Of a stretch of 64,000 nucleotides of DNA, positions 20,210-30,204 are shown in pieces (positions within the stretch are counted from its first letter, which is position 1; each line of letters begins with the position of its first letter). Location: positions 26,027 through 90,026 of the forward strand of contig JBMOOP010000110.1 of the NCBI GenBank assembly GCA_049324495.1. Direction: 5' to 3'. The notes under the pieces are model-generated. The model ran no database searches, was not told where the DNA came from, and saw only the letters and a list, made by a program, of their open reading frames with translations. The translations under genes and the position numbers were made by a program. This stretch comes from Pseudomonadota bacterium (GTDB taxonomy: Bacteria > Pseudomonadota > Gammaproteobacteria > Pseudomonadales > JADFDG01).

Positions 20210-21268
20210 ATGGGAGAAGAAGTCAACCCTCGTCTTGGTGTCATCTCCGACACACTCCTGCAAGGCAGTTTGCTGGCGAATGCGGCGAAGGCGCTGGGCT
20301 ATGATGTGGTCATCAATACCCAGCCGGGCAATCTTGATACTGTCAAATGGGTCGACAAGGGTGTCGTCGAGTGCTGGCTGATCGATCTGCACGATCAGGA
20401 GAAGTGGGCAGACTTTCTTGATCTTCTGCTCGATCAGACGGATGCACCGCTGATTTTTGGCGATGGTGCCGCGCCGCCGAAAAACCACGAGGAGTATCCG
20501 CGTTGGGAGCGCCGTCTGTTTCAGACCCTGATCAAAAGCGTTGGCCGGCCGGTGATTGCAAAAGTAAATCTGAATGTGCCGGAGAAAACGCAGGCCAGGC
20601 CGCGTTCCACGCTCGTTATTCCGGAGGAGTTCAAGGATCCGTCGCTCACCTCGGGCCGACCACAGCGCGTGTGGGTCCTCGGTGCGTCAGCGGGTGGCCC
20701 GGCAGCGGTGAAGTTGTTTCTCGATTCATTGCCGAAAGAGTTGCCGGTGGCATTCGTGCTTGCCCAGCACATTGATCCGAAAATGCTCGAAGGCCTGGCG
20801 CAATCGCTTATCCGGCATAACTGGTTCAAGATGCGCATCGGTCGTTCCGGCGAGCCGTTGCGTTATGGCGATATCGTCGTTGCGCCCTGCGATGCCGAGA
20901 TTACATTTGATGAAACCGATTGCATCGTTAAAACCGGCAAGCCCTGGGAAGGGCCCTATGCGCCATCAATTGACCAGGTGATGGCCAATGTGTCGTCGCG
21001 CTATGGCAGCCAGGCCGGTGCCATCCTGTTCTCGGGCATGGGCAACGATGGCTCCATTGCCGGGCCGATGATGGCCGCGCGTGGTGGTACCGTATGGGCG
21101 CAATCCGCCGAAACCTGTACGGTCAGCTCGCAGCCTGACTCGGTGCGCGATACCGGCTGCGTGAGTTACAGTGGATCGCCGGAATTTCTTGCTCAACAGT
21201 TGATAGAGAGTGTACGTCAGCAACTCAAGGGCAGGTCCAAGCCGCCCGGTGAGGCGCTTGCCTCCTGA
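20210..21268 (+). CDS. chpB: CheB-type protein-glutamate methylesterase ChpB
   Basis: The C-terminal CheB catalytic domain has GASAGGP (Ser), AQHI (His) and GMGNDG (Asp). The N-terminal ~150 aa is only weakly receiver-like. I prefer ATG 20210 over TTG 20198. Confidence 0.85.
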   Translation: MGEEVNPRLGVISDTLLQGSLLANAAKALGYDVVINTQPGNLDTVKWVDKGVVECWLIDLHDQEKWADFLDLLLDQTDAPLIFGDGAAPPKNHEEYPRWERRLFQTLIKSVGRPVIAKVNLNVPEKTQARPRSTLVIPEEFKDPSLTSGRPQRVWVLGASAGGPAAVKLFLDSLPKELPVAFVLAQHIDPKMLEGLAQSLIRHNWFKMRIGRSGEPLRYGDIVVAPCDAEITFDETDCIVKTGKPWEGPYAPSIDQVMANVSSRYGSQAGAILFSGMGNDGSIAGPMMAARGGTVWAQSAETCTVSSQPDSVRDTGCVSYSGSPEFLAQQLIESVRQQLKGRSKPPGEALAS

Positions 21269-21306
21269 CCCGATACATCCTGCATGCCAGACCGGATGAC
21301 ACCCCC

Positions 21307-21783
21307 ATGAGCCAGATGATCCCGCGCGCCCCCGTTTCGAAAACACCCGTCCCGCAGGCCGAAGTGCCAAGCCTGATGGTGCCGCAACAGGGGCGCCCGT
21401 TGCTGGTACCGAATATCGCAGTGGCGGAAATCGTGCCGTTCAGTGCGCCATTGCCGGAAGTCGGCAAACCGCAGTGGTTTCTCGGCCACATCATGTGGCG
21501 TGGCGAGAAGGTGCCGGTGATATCTGTAGTGCAGTTGCGCGGCGAAGAGGAGGACATTCCGTCCGAAGCGCGAATCGCGGTATTCAACGGGCTGGGGGGC
21601 GCGCTGCGGTTCTATGGCGTAATCACCCACGGAATTCCGCGACTGGTGCGTGTGCGTGAACAGGACATCGAGAGTACCGACGGCATGTACACGTCGGTCG
21701 ATGATGCTTTTGTTGCTGTTGGTGGGGAACTTGCGGTCATTCCCAACCTCATTCAGATCGAGACGATGATTGCCGGCGTGTGA
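21307..21783 (+). CDS. chpC: CheW-like protein ChpC
   Basis: It is a 158-aa CheW-like domain pattern (FLGHIMWRGEKVPVISVVQL) positioned after chpB, as in the Pseudomonas aeruginosa Pil-Chp operon. Confidence 0.8.
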   Translation: MSQMIPRAPVSKTPVPQAEVPSLMVPQQGRPLLVPNIAVAEIVPFSAPLPEVGKPQWFLGHIMWRGEKVPVISVVQLRGEEEDIPSEARIAVFNGLGGALRFYGVITHGIPRLVRVREQDIESTDGMYTSVDDAFVAVGGELAVIPNLIQIETMIAGV

Positions 21784-21795
21784 GTCTGCCAGACC

Positions 21796-22851
21796 ATGAC
21801 AGGTTCAATAAATCATGTGCAGCTCGCGGCATTGCGCGCGGAAAGGCGGCAGCATGGCGAAAACTGGTTTCGCAACAATTACAACAGGGATCGTCGCGGT
21901 GTTGCCGACTTCATACGCTGGATGCGCGACAAGCGTGGCTTGTGGCCAGCGCCAAAACGGTTTCCTGTTGACCGTCCGGACAGCAACTGGCTCGCCGTCA
22001 ATCGCAGCGACAGCACGCTGACATGGATTGGGCATGTCACCTTTCTTTTTCAGCATCGTGGCCTGAACGTACTCACTGATCCGGTATTCAGTGAACGCGC
22101 CTCACCGCTGTCCTTCGTCGGACCAAAACGCTATACGCCGCCGGCGATGCATGTCGATCATCTGCCGCCGATTGATATCGTTCTGATTTCACACAATCAC
22201 TACGACCATCTTGATCGCGATGCGGTGCGCCACATCGCCAGGCGCAACGAGGGCCGCACGCGTTTCCTTGTGCCGCTGAGGCTCGCCGGCTGGTTTCGGC
22301 GCGAAGGGATCGACAATGTTGTTGAGCTGGATTGGTGGGATGAAACGCTTCCGCTGGGCGAAAAACCAGGAAGTGTCGGGCGCAACAAGGTATATGCCTG
22401 GTTTGTACCGGCACAACATTTCAGTGGTCGCGGTGTGAATGACCGCAATGCGACGTTGTGGGGTGGTTGGGTACTGGAGATCGACGGGTTCCGCCTGTAT
22501 TTCGCCGGTGATACCGGTTACGGGAAAGATTTTGCCGATATCGGCGCGGTATTTGGCGGTTTCGATTTATCCCTGATTCCGATTGGCGCCTATGAGCCGC
22601 AGTGGTTGATGGGTTCCGTGCATGTGAATCCTGAAGATGCTGTGCGTATCCATCGCGACGTAAAATCGAAACATTCGATTGGCATGCATTGGGGCACGTT
22701 TATTCTTACCGACGAACCGGTTGACGAGCCACCACGCCGTCTTGCACGTGCGCGCAGCGATCAGGGCCTCGCCGACGGTGACTTCGTTGTGATGCGGCAC
22801 GGTGAAGTGCGGCGCTGGTCGCCCGGCTGCGTGCCTGGCTACAATCTGTAG
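21796..22851 (+). CDS. MBL-fold metallo-hydrolase (NAPE-PLD-like family)
   Basis: It has the metallo-beta-lactamase motif LISHNHYDHLD plus downstream His/Asp ligand positions. Confidence 0.75.
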   Translation: MTGSINHVQLAALRAERRQHGENWFRNNYNRDRRGVADFIRWMRDKRGLWPAPKRFPVDRPDSNWLAVNRSDSTLTWIGHVTFLFQHRGLNVLTDPVFSERASPLSFVGPKRYTPPAMHVDHLPPIDIVLISHNHYDHLDRDAVRHIARRNEGRTRFLVPLRLAGWFRREGIDNVVELDWWDETLPLGEKPGSVGRNKVYAWFVPAQHFSGRGVNDRNATLWGGWVLEIDGFRLYFAGDTGYGKDFADIGAVFGGFDLSLIPIGAYEPQWLMGSVHVNPEDAVRIHRDVKSKHSIGMHWGTFILTDEPVDEPPRRLARARSDQGLADGDFVVMRHGEVRRWSPGCVPGYNL

Positions 22852-22889
22852 CTGTAGCGCGCTAATCAGGCAGCAGAGGGAAAGACGCC

Positions 22890-23435
22890 ATGAACATGAC
22901 CAACACCGACAAGCGTTGGGGGCTCATCGCCCAGAGTTTTCACTGGCTGATGTTCTTGTTGATCATCGGCTCCTGGTTTGCAGTTGACGCGCGTGAAGGT
23001 TTCCCGAAGGGCAGCCCGGAACGTGACGCCTGGATGCTGCTGCACAAATCGTTGGGACTTAGCATATTTTTCCTGGTGTGGTTGCGCATCGGGGTGCGGT
23101 TCACGCAAGTAACGCCGGCCGATATTGGCGCGGTTTGGCAGCAGAAAGCAGCGAAGCTGATTCACTTTTGTCTCTATACTGCGATGATCGCCATGCCGAT
23201 TACCGGCATGCTTGCCAGTCAGTTCTTCGGCAAGCCAGTCGGTTGGTTTGGTGTATTCGAGTTGCCGATGTTGGTCGGCGAAAATAAGGATCTTGGCGAA
23301 GTCTTGGAGGAAGTGCATGAGGCCGGCTTTATCGCGCTGCTTGTGCTGCTCGCAGCACACTTTGGCGCTGCGCTTCACCATCACTTCATACTCAAGGACG
23401 ACGTGCTGAAGCGTATGTTGCCGTGGGGTAAATGA
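22890..23435 (+). CDS. cytochrome b561 family protein
   Basis: It has four predicted TM helices with conserved His residues (FHWLMFLL..., LHKSLG, HEAGFIALLVLLAAHFGAALHHH). Confidence 0.8.
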   Translation: MNMTNTDKRWGLIAQSFHWLMFLLIIGSWFAVDAREGFPKGSPERDAWMLLHKSLGLSIFFLVWLRIGVRFTQVTPADIGAVWQQKAAKLIHFCLYTAMIAMPITGMLASQFFGKPVGWFGVFELPMLVGENKDLGEVLEEVHEAGFIALLVLLAAHFGAALHHHFILKDDVLKRMLPWGK

Positions 23436-23448
23436 CGCGGCAGGTTCC

Positions 23449-24177
23449 TTAGCCAGAATCACCGTAACGCGCCTGCAGCACAGCGAGTGCCGCCACTGGC
23501 GCGGTTTCCGTGCGCAGCACGCGCGGGCCGAGGGTGAAGGTGATGAAGCCCTTGCCCTGCGCAGCAGCAATTTCTTCCGGCGTCAGCCCACCTTCCGGCC
23601 CGATCAGCAAGGCGCTGCTTCGGCATTTTTCCGGCAGTGCTGATTTGCCATTGCCGGGATGCAGCACCAGTTTCAGTTGCGCCTCGACCTTCGCAATCCA
23701 TTTCACGAGATCTACCGGTGGATGAACTTCCGGTACGCGCACGCGCCCCGATTGTTCGCAGGCTGCGGCCGCGACCATCTGCAGGTGCTCGCGTTTTTTC
23801 TCAAAGCGATCGCCATCAAGCTTCACGTCGCAACGGCTACTGGAAAGCAGGGTAATTTCAGTAACGCCCAGTTCTGCGGCTTTTTGCACCGCGTACTCCA
23901 TGCGGTCGCCCTTGCTCATCACCTGGCCCAGATGCGTGAGCAACGGCGACTCTGTCGCAGGCTCGCGACGCGCCATGATCCGGACAATGGCCTCGCGCTT
24001 GCCGGCACTGATGATTTGCGCAGTGTACTCGCTACCGTTGCCGTTGAAGATGCAGAAGGCATCCCCTGGCGCCATGCGCAGCACGCGTACCAGGTGTTGC
24101 TGGTTGCGTTCGCCGAGGACAATTTCGGCGTCTGTGGCGAGTTCCTGTTGCTCAAAAATGCGCGTGGCCATGCTCAA
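23449..24177 (-). CDS. rsmE: 16S rRNA (uracil1498-N3)-methyltransferase RsmE
   Basis: It is 242 aa with a PUA-like N-terminus (HLVRVLRM) and the SPOUT C-terminal motif LLIGPEGGLTPEEI. Confidence 0.85.
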   Translation of the reverse strand: MSMATRIFEQQELATDAEIVLGERNQQHLVRVLRMAPGDAFCIFNGNGSEYTAQIISAGKREAIVRIMARREPATESPLLTHLGQVMSKGDRMEYAVQKAAELGVTEITLLSSSRCDVKLDGDRFEKKREHLQMVAAAACEQSGRVRVPEVHPPVDLVKWIAKVEAQLKLVLHPGNGKSALPEKCRSSALLIGPEGGLTPEEIAAAQGKGFITFTLGPRVLRTETAPVAALAVLQARYGDSG

Positions 24178-24186
24178 TCTCCCGGC

Positions 24187-25539
24187 TCAATCACGGGTCG
24201 CTATATCGATGCTCTCGGCTGCGATCTGTGCCAACAGGTTGATCTGCTCCGGCGTGATCACGTAGGGTGGCATGAAATAAACCACGTTGCCCAGTGGTCT
24301 GAGCAGGGCGCCGCGTTGTAGCGCGTGCTGGTAAACGCGCAAGCCGCGGCGCTCGGTCCAGTCGTACGGCGTTTGCGTGGCCCTGTCCTTCACCAGTTCG
24401 ATGGCGGCGATCATACCGGTCTGGCGCACCTCCGCCACGTGCGGGTGGGCAACAAATGGCGCCAGTGCTACGCCCATGCGGGCAGCGAGCACGCGGTTGT
24501 TTGCCAGCACATCGTCATCCGCAAAGATTTTTAGCGTGGCGAGCGCAGCGGTGCAGGCCAGCGCATTGCCGGTGTAACTGTGCGAATGCAGAAAGGCGCG
24601 CAATGTTGTGTAGTCCGCGTAGAAAGCGTCGTAAACCTTGTCGGTGGTGAGCACAACTGACAGCGGCAGATAGCCGCCGGTCAATCCTTTGGAAAGACAG
24701 AGAAAATCCGGTGTGATGCCGGCCTGCTCGCAGGCGAACAGGGTGCCGGTGCGGCCGAAACCGACGGCAATTTCGTCGGCAATCAAATGGACGTTGTGCT
24801 TATTGCACGCCTCCCGCAGCATCTTCAGGTAGACCGGATGATACATGCGCATGTTGCCGGCGCACTGCACCAATGGCTCAACGATCACCGCGCAGGCATC
24901 TTGCGCATGTTGCGCAAGTGTGGCGTCCATGTGCGCAAACATTTTACGGGTGTGCTGCTCCCATGTTTCGCCGGAAGTGCGATAAAAGCAGTCCGGCGAC
25001 GGCACGGTGATCGCCTGCATCAGCAGCGGGGCATAGGTGTCCTTGTACAGGGCGACATCCCCAACGGCGAGTGCGCCCAGCGTTTCGCCGTGATAGCTGT
25101 TGGACAACGTAATAAATTTTGATTTTCTCGGTTGGCCGACATTCTTCCAGTAGTGAAAGCTCATCTTCAGCGCTACTTCGATGGCGCTGGAGCCGTTGTC
25201 GGCATAAAAGCATTTATTAAGACCCGGCGGCGTCATTGCCACCAATGCTTCCGAGAGCTCAACCACCGGTTCGTGGGTAAAGCCGCCGAGAATCACGTGT
25301 TCCAGCTTGTCGATCTGCGCCTTCAGCGCCGCGTTGATGCGCGGATTGGCGTGGCCGAACAGGTTGACCCACCAACTGGATACCGCGTCGATGTAGCGAT
25401 TGCCGTCGAAATCGTGCAGCCAGACGCCTTCGCCGCGCGCAATCGGAATCAGTGGCAACTGCTCGTGATCCTTCATCTGCGTGCAGGGGTGCCACAGGAC
25501 CGCGAGGTCGCGACGCATCAGGTTGGTGTTGCTGCTCAT
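24187..25539 (-). CDS. bioA: adenosylmethionine-8-amino-7-oxononanoate aminotransferase
   Basis: It follows the class-III aminotransferase pattern (VLWHPCTQMKDH, DNGSSAIEVALKM, IADEIAVGFGRTG, LSKGLTGGY). Confidence 0.88.
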   Translation of the reverse strand: MSSNTNLMRRDLAVLWHPCTQMKDHEQLPLIPIARGEGVWLHDFDGNRYIDAVSSWWVNLFGHANPRINAALKAQIDKLEHVILGGFTHEPVVELSEALVAMTPPGLNKCFYADNGSSAIEVALKMSFHYWKNVGQPRKSKFITLSNSYHGETLGALAVGDVALYKDTYAPLLMQAITVPSPDCFYRTSGETWEQHTRKMFAHMDATLAQHAQDACAVIVEPLVQCAGNMRMYHPVYLKMLREACNKHNVHLIADEIAVGFGRTGTLFACEQAGITPDFLCLSKGLTGGYLPLSVVLTTDKVYDAFYADYTTLRAFLHSHSYTGNALACTAALATLKIFADDDVLANNRVLAARMGVALAPFVAHPHVAEVRQTGMIAAIELVKDRATQTPYDWTERRGLRVYQHALQRGALLRPLGNVVYFMPPYVITPEQINLLAQIAAESIDIATRD

Positions 25540-25557
25540 GGGTTTTTCAGAGGTTTC

Positions 25558-26412
25558 CTAACCTTCCAGCCCAAGGTTGCGCAAAATCGCCAGCGTCGGT
25601 TCGGACTGGTTCATCGTGTAGAAATGGATGCCCGGTGCGCCGGCCGCAAGCAGGGTTTCGCACAGGCTGGATACCACGTCGATACCGAAAAGTTTCAGCG
25701 ATTCATCGTCGTCCCCATAAGTTTCCAGTTGCTTGCGCAACCAGCGCGGAATTTCTGCGCCGCAACTGTCGGAGAAGCGGAACAGATTCGTTGCGTTGGT
25801 TATCGGCATGATGCCGGGCACGATCGGAATATCGATACCGTCATCCAGTACGCGATCCATGAAATGGAAGTACGCATCCGGGTTGAAGAAATATTGCGTG
25901 ATCGCCGAGTTCGCGCCGGCTTTTGCCTTGGCAACGAAGTGGGTGATATCGGCATCGAGGTTTACCGCCTGCGGGTGCATCTCTGGATAGGCGGCCACTT
26001 CAATGCGGAAGTGATTGCCGTAATGCCGGCGAATAAAGGCAACAAGATCGTGCGCGTATGGCAGCTCGCCACCGGTCGGCCCCATGCCGCTCGGCAAGTC
26101 GCCGCGCAGGGCGACGATCCGCTGCACGCCGTCGGCCTTGTAGCCATCGAGAATCTCTCGCATCTGGGCTTTGGTGTGGCCGACGCAGGACAGGTGCGGT
26201 GCCGTATCGATGCCGCATTCGCGCACCATCTTCACTGTGTTGAAGGTGCGTTCACGCGTTGAACCGCCCGCGCCATAGGTGACCGAAAAAAACTCCGGTT
26301 GTTCGGCGACGAGGCGATCCCGCACCTCGGCCAGCTTGGCGAAGCCGGCCTCGGTCTTCGGCGGGAAGAACTCGAAGCTGATCTGGACTTCCTGCAGTTC
26401 GTCGTCGCTCAT
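25558..26412 (-). CDS. metF: 5,10-methylenetetrahydrofolate reductase
   Basis: It has ISFEFFPPKT, TYGAGGSTR and AAYPE motifs and is about 284 aa. Confidence 0.9.
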   Translation of the reverse strand: MSDDELQEVQISFEFFPPKTEAGFAKLAEVRDRLVAEQPEFFSVTYGAGGSTRERTFNTVKMVRECGIDTAPHLSCVGHTKAQMREILDGYKADGVQRIVALRGDLPSGMGPTGGELPYAHDLVAFIRRHYGNHFRIEVAAYPEMHPQAVNLDADITHFVAKAKAGANSAITQYFFNPDAYFHFMDRVLDDGIDIPIVPGIMPITNATNLFRFSDSCGAEIPRWLRKQLETYGDDDESLKLFGIDVVSSLCETLLAAGAPGIHFYTMNQSEPTLAILRNLGLEG

Positions 26413-26428
26413 TTCCCGGTTCCTGCCA

Positions 26429-27832
26429 TCAATACTTGTAGTGTTCAGGCTTGAACGGGCCGTCCACGCTCACCTTGATGTAGTCGGCCTGCGCCTTTGT
26501 CAGTTTGGTAACGACGCCGCCAAAGCCCCGCACCATTTCCAGCGCCACTTCTTCGTCGAGTTTTTTCGGCAACACTTCCACCTTCAGCATGGCCGATTGC
26601 ACGGCGGCGGAGTGATCGGCGAAACGCTGCTCGTACAGAAACATCTGCGCCAGCACCTGATTGGCAAAGGAACCGTCCATGATGCGCGATGGGTGGCCGG
26701 TGGCATTGCCAAGATTCACCAGGCGACCCTCGGACAGCAAAATCAGATAATCGTCGGATTCCTGGTTGATCTTCGTGCCCGGCGCCGCATCGCGGAATAC
26801 CTTGTGCACTTGCGGTTTCACCTCAAGCCACGTGAAGTGCTCGCGCAGGTATGCGGTGTCGATTTCTGTATCGAAGTGGCCGATGTTGCAGACCACAGCG
26901 CCTTTTTTCAGCGCGCGCAACATGTTGCGGTCACAAACGTGGTGATTGCCGGTTGTGGTGCAGATCAGATCGGTTTCGCTGAGCAGGCACGTGTTGATGC
27001 AGTCCGGCTTGCCGGTGTTTTCGCCGTTGATGTACGGTGACACCACTTCATAACCGTCCATGCAGGCCTGCATGGCGCAGATCGGATCGATCTCGGAGAT
27101 CTTCACGATCATACCTTCCTGACGCAGCGATTGTGCCGAACCCTTGCCCACGTCGCCATAACCGATCACCAGCGCCTTGCGGCCGGCCAGCAGCATGTCG
27201 GTGCCGCGTTTGATCGCATCATTAAGCGAATGACGACAGCCGTACTTGTTGTCGTTCTTGCTCTTGGTGACCGAGTCGTTGACGTTGATCGCCGGGACTT
27301 TCAGCTCGCCCTTCTGCAGCATTTCGATCAGGCGCTTGACGCCGGTGGTGGTCTCTTCGGTGATGCCGTGGATTTTGTCGAGCATCTGCGGGTATTTATC
27401 GTGGATGAGGCCGGTGAGATCGCCGCCGTCATCAAGGATCATGTTCGCATCCCAGGGCTTGCCGTCCTTGAGGATGGTTTGCTCGACGCACCACCAGTAC
27501 TGCTCTTCGGTTTCGCCTTTCCAGGCAAACACGGGCACGCCACGCGCAGCGATGGCGGCAGCGGCATGGTCCTGCGTCGAGAAAATGTTGCACGAACTCC
27601 AGCGCACCTCCGCACCCAGTACCTGTAGCGTTTCGATCAGCACGGCGGTCTGCACCGTCATGTGGATGCAGCCGATGATTTTTGCGCCGGCCAGCGGCTT
27701 CTGCCTGCCGTACTTGGCACGCAGATTCATCAGTGCCGGCATTTCGCGCTCGGCGAGGATGATTTCCTGACGGCCGTACTCGGCCAGAGAAATATCGGCA
27801 ACCTTGTAATCGACTTTAACGGGAGCATTCAT
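26429..27832 (-). CDS. ahcY: adenosylhomocysteinase
   Basis: It shows strong AhcY hallmarks ([38 protein letters not shown]). Confidence 0.95.
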   Translation of the reverse strand: MNAPVKVDYKVADISLAEYGRQEIILAEREMPALMNLRAKYGRQKPLAGAKIIGCIHMTVQTAVLIETLQVLGAEVRWSSCNIFSTQDHAAAAIAARGVPVFAWKGETEEQYWWCVEQTILKDGKPWDANMILDDGGDLTGLIHDKYPQMLDKIHGITEETTTGVKRLIEMLQKGELKVPAINVNDSVTKSKNDNKYGCRHSLNDAIKRGTDMLLAGRKALVIGYGDVGKGSAQSLRQEGMIVKISEIDPICAMQACMDGYEVVSPYINGENTGKPDCINTCLLSETDLICTTTGNHHVCDRNMLRALKKGAVVCNIGHFDTEIDTAYLREHFTWLEVKPQVHKVFRDAAPGTKINQESDDYLILLSEGRLVNLGNATGHPSRIMDGSFANQVLAQMFLYEQRFADHSAAVQSAMLKVEVLPKKLDEEVALEMVRGFGGVVTKLTKAQADYIKVSVDGPFKPEHYKY

Positions 27833-27868
27833 GAGTTTTGTTCCTGAACAATGAATTCGGTCGGTTGT

Positions 27869-29062
27869 TTATTTCAGGCCGGCAGCGGCGCGCAATTCTT
27901 CGGCCTTGTCGGTTTTTTCCCAGGTAAAGGTATGGTGCGTGTGGCCACCCACCGTCACCGTGCCGGGTGTGCGGCCAAAGTGGCCGTAGGATGCCGTTGG
28001 CTGATAAATTGGGTGCAGCAAATCGAGTTGCCTGGTCAGGCCATAGGGGCGCAGTTCAAATACTTTGCGCACCAGGGCAACCAGTTTGGTATCGGAAATT
28101 TTTCCTGTGCCAAAAGTATTGATCGAAATGGATGTCGGCTCAGCCACGCCGATGGCATACGACACCTGGATTTCACAGCGATCAGCCAGGCCGGCCGCAA
28201 CAATATTTTTTGCCACATAGCGGCCAGCATAGGCCGCGGAGCGATCAACCTTCGATGGATCTTTTCCGGAGAATGCACCGCCGCCGTGACGGGCCATGCC
28301 GCCGTAGGAATCGACGATGATTTTGCGTCCGGTGAGTCCGCAGTCGCCCATCGGCCCGCCGATCTCGAAACGGCCGGTCGGATTGATGTGCACCTTGGTG
28401 TCCTTGTGCATCCATTCTTTCGGAATGACGTGCTTGATGATGAGTTCCATCACGCCTTCATGGATGTCCTTGTCCTGCACGTCGGCAGCATGTTGTGTGG
28501 ACAACACGATGGCTTCCGCCGCGACCGGCTTGCCGTTTTCATAACGGAACGTCACCTGTGATTTCGCATCCGGGCGCAACCACGGCAGCAAGCCGGATTT
28601 TCGCGCTTCGGCCTGACGCTCGACCAGGCGATGCGCGTATTGAATCGGCGCCGGCATCAACACGTCGGTTTCGTTGCTGGCGTAGCCGAACATCAGGCCC
28701 TGGTCGCCGGCGCCCTGGTCTTCCGGTTTTGCCCGGTCAACCCCCTGGTTGATGTCTGGCGACTGTTTGCCGACCAGATTCAGCACGCCGCAGGTACGGC
28801 CGTCGAAGTGCACTGCCGATGAGTCGTAGCCGATGGCAACGATCACATCGCGAACGATTTTTTCGTAATCAATGTTGGCGGTGGTGGTGATCTCGCCGGC
28901 AATGATGGCGACACCGGTTTTCACCAGCGTTTCGCAGGCGACGCGCGCGTACTTGTCCTGCGCAATGATGGCATCGAGGATGGCATCGGAAACCTGGTCG
29001 GCGAGCTTGTCCGGGTGGCCTTCGGAAACGGATTCGGAGGTGAAGACGCTGTATTCGCTCAT
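27869..29062 (-). CDS. metK: S-adenosylmethionine synthetase
   Basis: It has [36 protein letters not shown] and [16 protein letters not shown] motifs. Confidence 0.95.
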   Translation of the reverse strand: MSEYSVFTSESVSEGHPDKLADQVSDAILDAIIAQDKYARVACETLVKTGVAIIAGEITTTANIDYEKIVRDVIVAIGYDSSAVHFDGRTCGVLNLVGKQSPDINQGVDRAKPEDQGAGDQGLMFGYASNETDVLMPAPIQYAHRLVERQAEARKSGLLPWLRPDAKSQVTFRYENGKPVAAEAIVLSTQHAADVQDKDIHEGVMELIIKHVIPKEWMHKDTKVHINPTGRFEIGGPMGDCGLTGRKIIVDSYGGMARHGGGAFSGKDPSKVDRSAAYAGRYVAKNIVAAGLADRCEIQVSYAIGVAEPTSISINTFGTGKISDTKLVALVRKVFELRPYGLTRQLDLLHPIYQPTASYGHFGRTPGTVTVGGHTHHTFTWEKTDKAEELRAAAGLK

Positions 29063-29086
29063 GGCGTGCTACCTGTTGTTGCCTGG

Positions 29087-30112
29087 TCAGTGATGGGAAA
29101 ACGCATTTGCAAGAGGAACTGAAAAGCTGCGAAACAACACCTGGAAGCCGTTGCGCAGCCCCAGGTAGAAGCTGTTGCCGGCGATGAAGCCGGCGGTGCG
29201 TGCCCAGCCGTCGAGCTCGGCGTCGTCGAAGCCCTGCCACAAATCGCCGCAGTGCGCGCGCACCCAATCCTGTTCGTGGCGGGACAGATCGGTGACCAGC
29301 ATGACGCCGCCGGGTTTGAGCAACTTTGCGGCGTCGCGAAACAGGTCGGCGGGCGAGGGCACATGGTGCAGCACCATGTTGAACACCACGGCGTCAACGG
29401 CGAGGTGGCGGGCCAGTGCCGCTTTTGTATCGCCTGCCACCAGCGTTACATTGGTCAACCCGTCGGTGTCGATGCGCGCCCGGGCCTTCGAGAGCAGCCC
29501 TTCGCTGATGTCGAAGCCCCAGACCTTTGCATAGCGTCCGGCCAGTTCAGCGAGGTATTCGCCGGCGCCGGGGCCGACTTCCAGCACCTCGGCTGTTGGC
29601 GGCAGCTGCGCGGCAAGCAGCAGGTCGCGGGCGCCGTCGGCGTACTGGCGGTACTCGGCGATCAGGTCCTGGCGCTCGCGGAAGTCGTCGGTATGACGGG
29701 CAAAAAAGGCCCGGCAGACCTCGGCACGCTCGGCGCGGATGCGCTCGATGTTGGCGTTCGCTTCGGCGGCATGCGGCAGTGCGTCAAGGGCAGCGAACAG
29801 CGCTTCCTGCACCGGGCCGGCCGGATCGTCGGCCTGCGGCAGGGCGCGGCGGTAAAAGATGGCGTTGCCTTCGCGACGGGCGGTGACCAGTCCGGTCTGG
29901 GCCAGCACCTTGAGATGATGGCTGATGGCCGGCTGCTTCTGGCCGAAGATCTCGCCAAGCTCCAGCACCCCGAACGAGCCCAGGCCCAGCACCTGCAGAA
30001 TCGCCAGCCGCAGCGGGTCGCCGCCGCCTTTCAGCAGGTGGGCGAGATCGGTGAGGGCGGCGTCGGGAGTTGGGTGCTTCTCATCCAGAGTAGCGACGGG
30101 GAGGAGGGCCAT
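29087..30112 (-). CDS. ArsR-family HTH fused to a SAM-methyltransferase-like domain (SahR-type SAH-responsive regulator candidate)
   Basis: The N-terminus has an ArsR wHTH (DPLRLAILQVL...ELGEIFGQKQPAISHHLKVLAQTGLV). The C-terminus has class I MTase motif I (VLEVGPGAGEY). It lies directly upstream of metK-ahcY-metF. Confidence 0.7.
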   Translation of the reverse strand: MALLPVATLDEKHPTPDAALTDLAHLLKGGGDPLRLAILQVLGLGSFGVLELGEIFGQKQPAISHHLKVLAQTGLVTARREGNAIFYRRALPQADDPAGPVQEALFAALDALPHAAEANANIERIRAERAEVCRAFFARHTDDFRERQDLIAEYRQYADGARDLLLAAQLPPTAEVLEVGPGAGEYLAELAGRYAKVWGFDISEGLLSKARARIDTDGLTNVTLVAGDTKAALARHLAVDAVVFNMVLHHVPSPADLFRDAAKLLKPGGVMLVTDLSRHEQDWVRAHCGDLWQGFDDAELDGWARTAGFIAGNSFYLGLRNGFQVLFRSFSVPLANAFSHH

Positions 30113-30133
30113 AAGCAGGCCAGTCTATGAGCT

Positions 30134-30169
30134 ATATCAAAGGGATTCAATATTGAATCTCTTTGATAT
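30134..30169. promoter_or_regulatory. 36-bp near-perfect palindrome, candidate operator of the ArsR/SahR-like regulator
   Basis: The sequence ATATCAAAGGGATTCAAT|ATTGAATCTCTTTGATAT has 17 of 18 arm positions complementary. It is AT-rich in a GC-rich genome and starts 22 bp upstream of the regulator start codon (30112). Confidence 0.55.
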
Positions 30170-30204
30170 TTGATCGGATTGCGGGCGCTGCAGCGCTCCC
30201 GGTA

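Noticed and set aside
27833-27868. An SAH riboswitch upstream of ahcY, and a SAM riboswitch upstream of metK (29063-29086).
   Set aside because: The intergenic gaps are only 36 bp and 24 bp, too short for either RNA element. Regulation is better explained by the SahR-like regulator and its palindrome.
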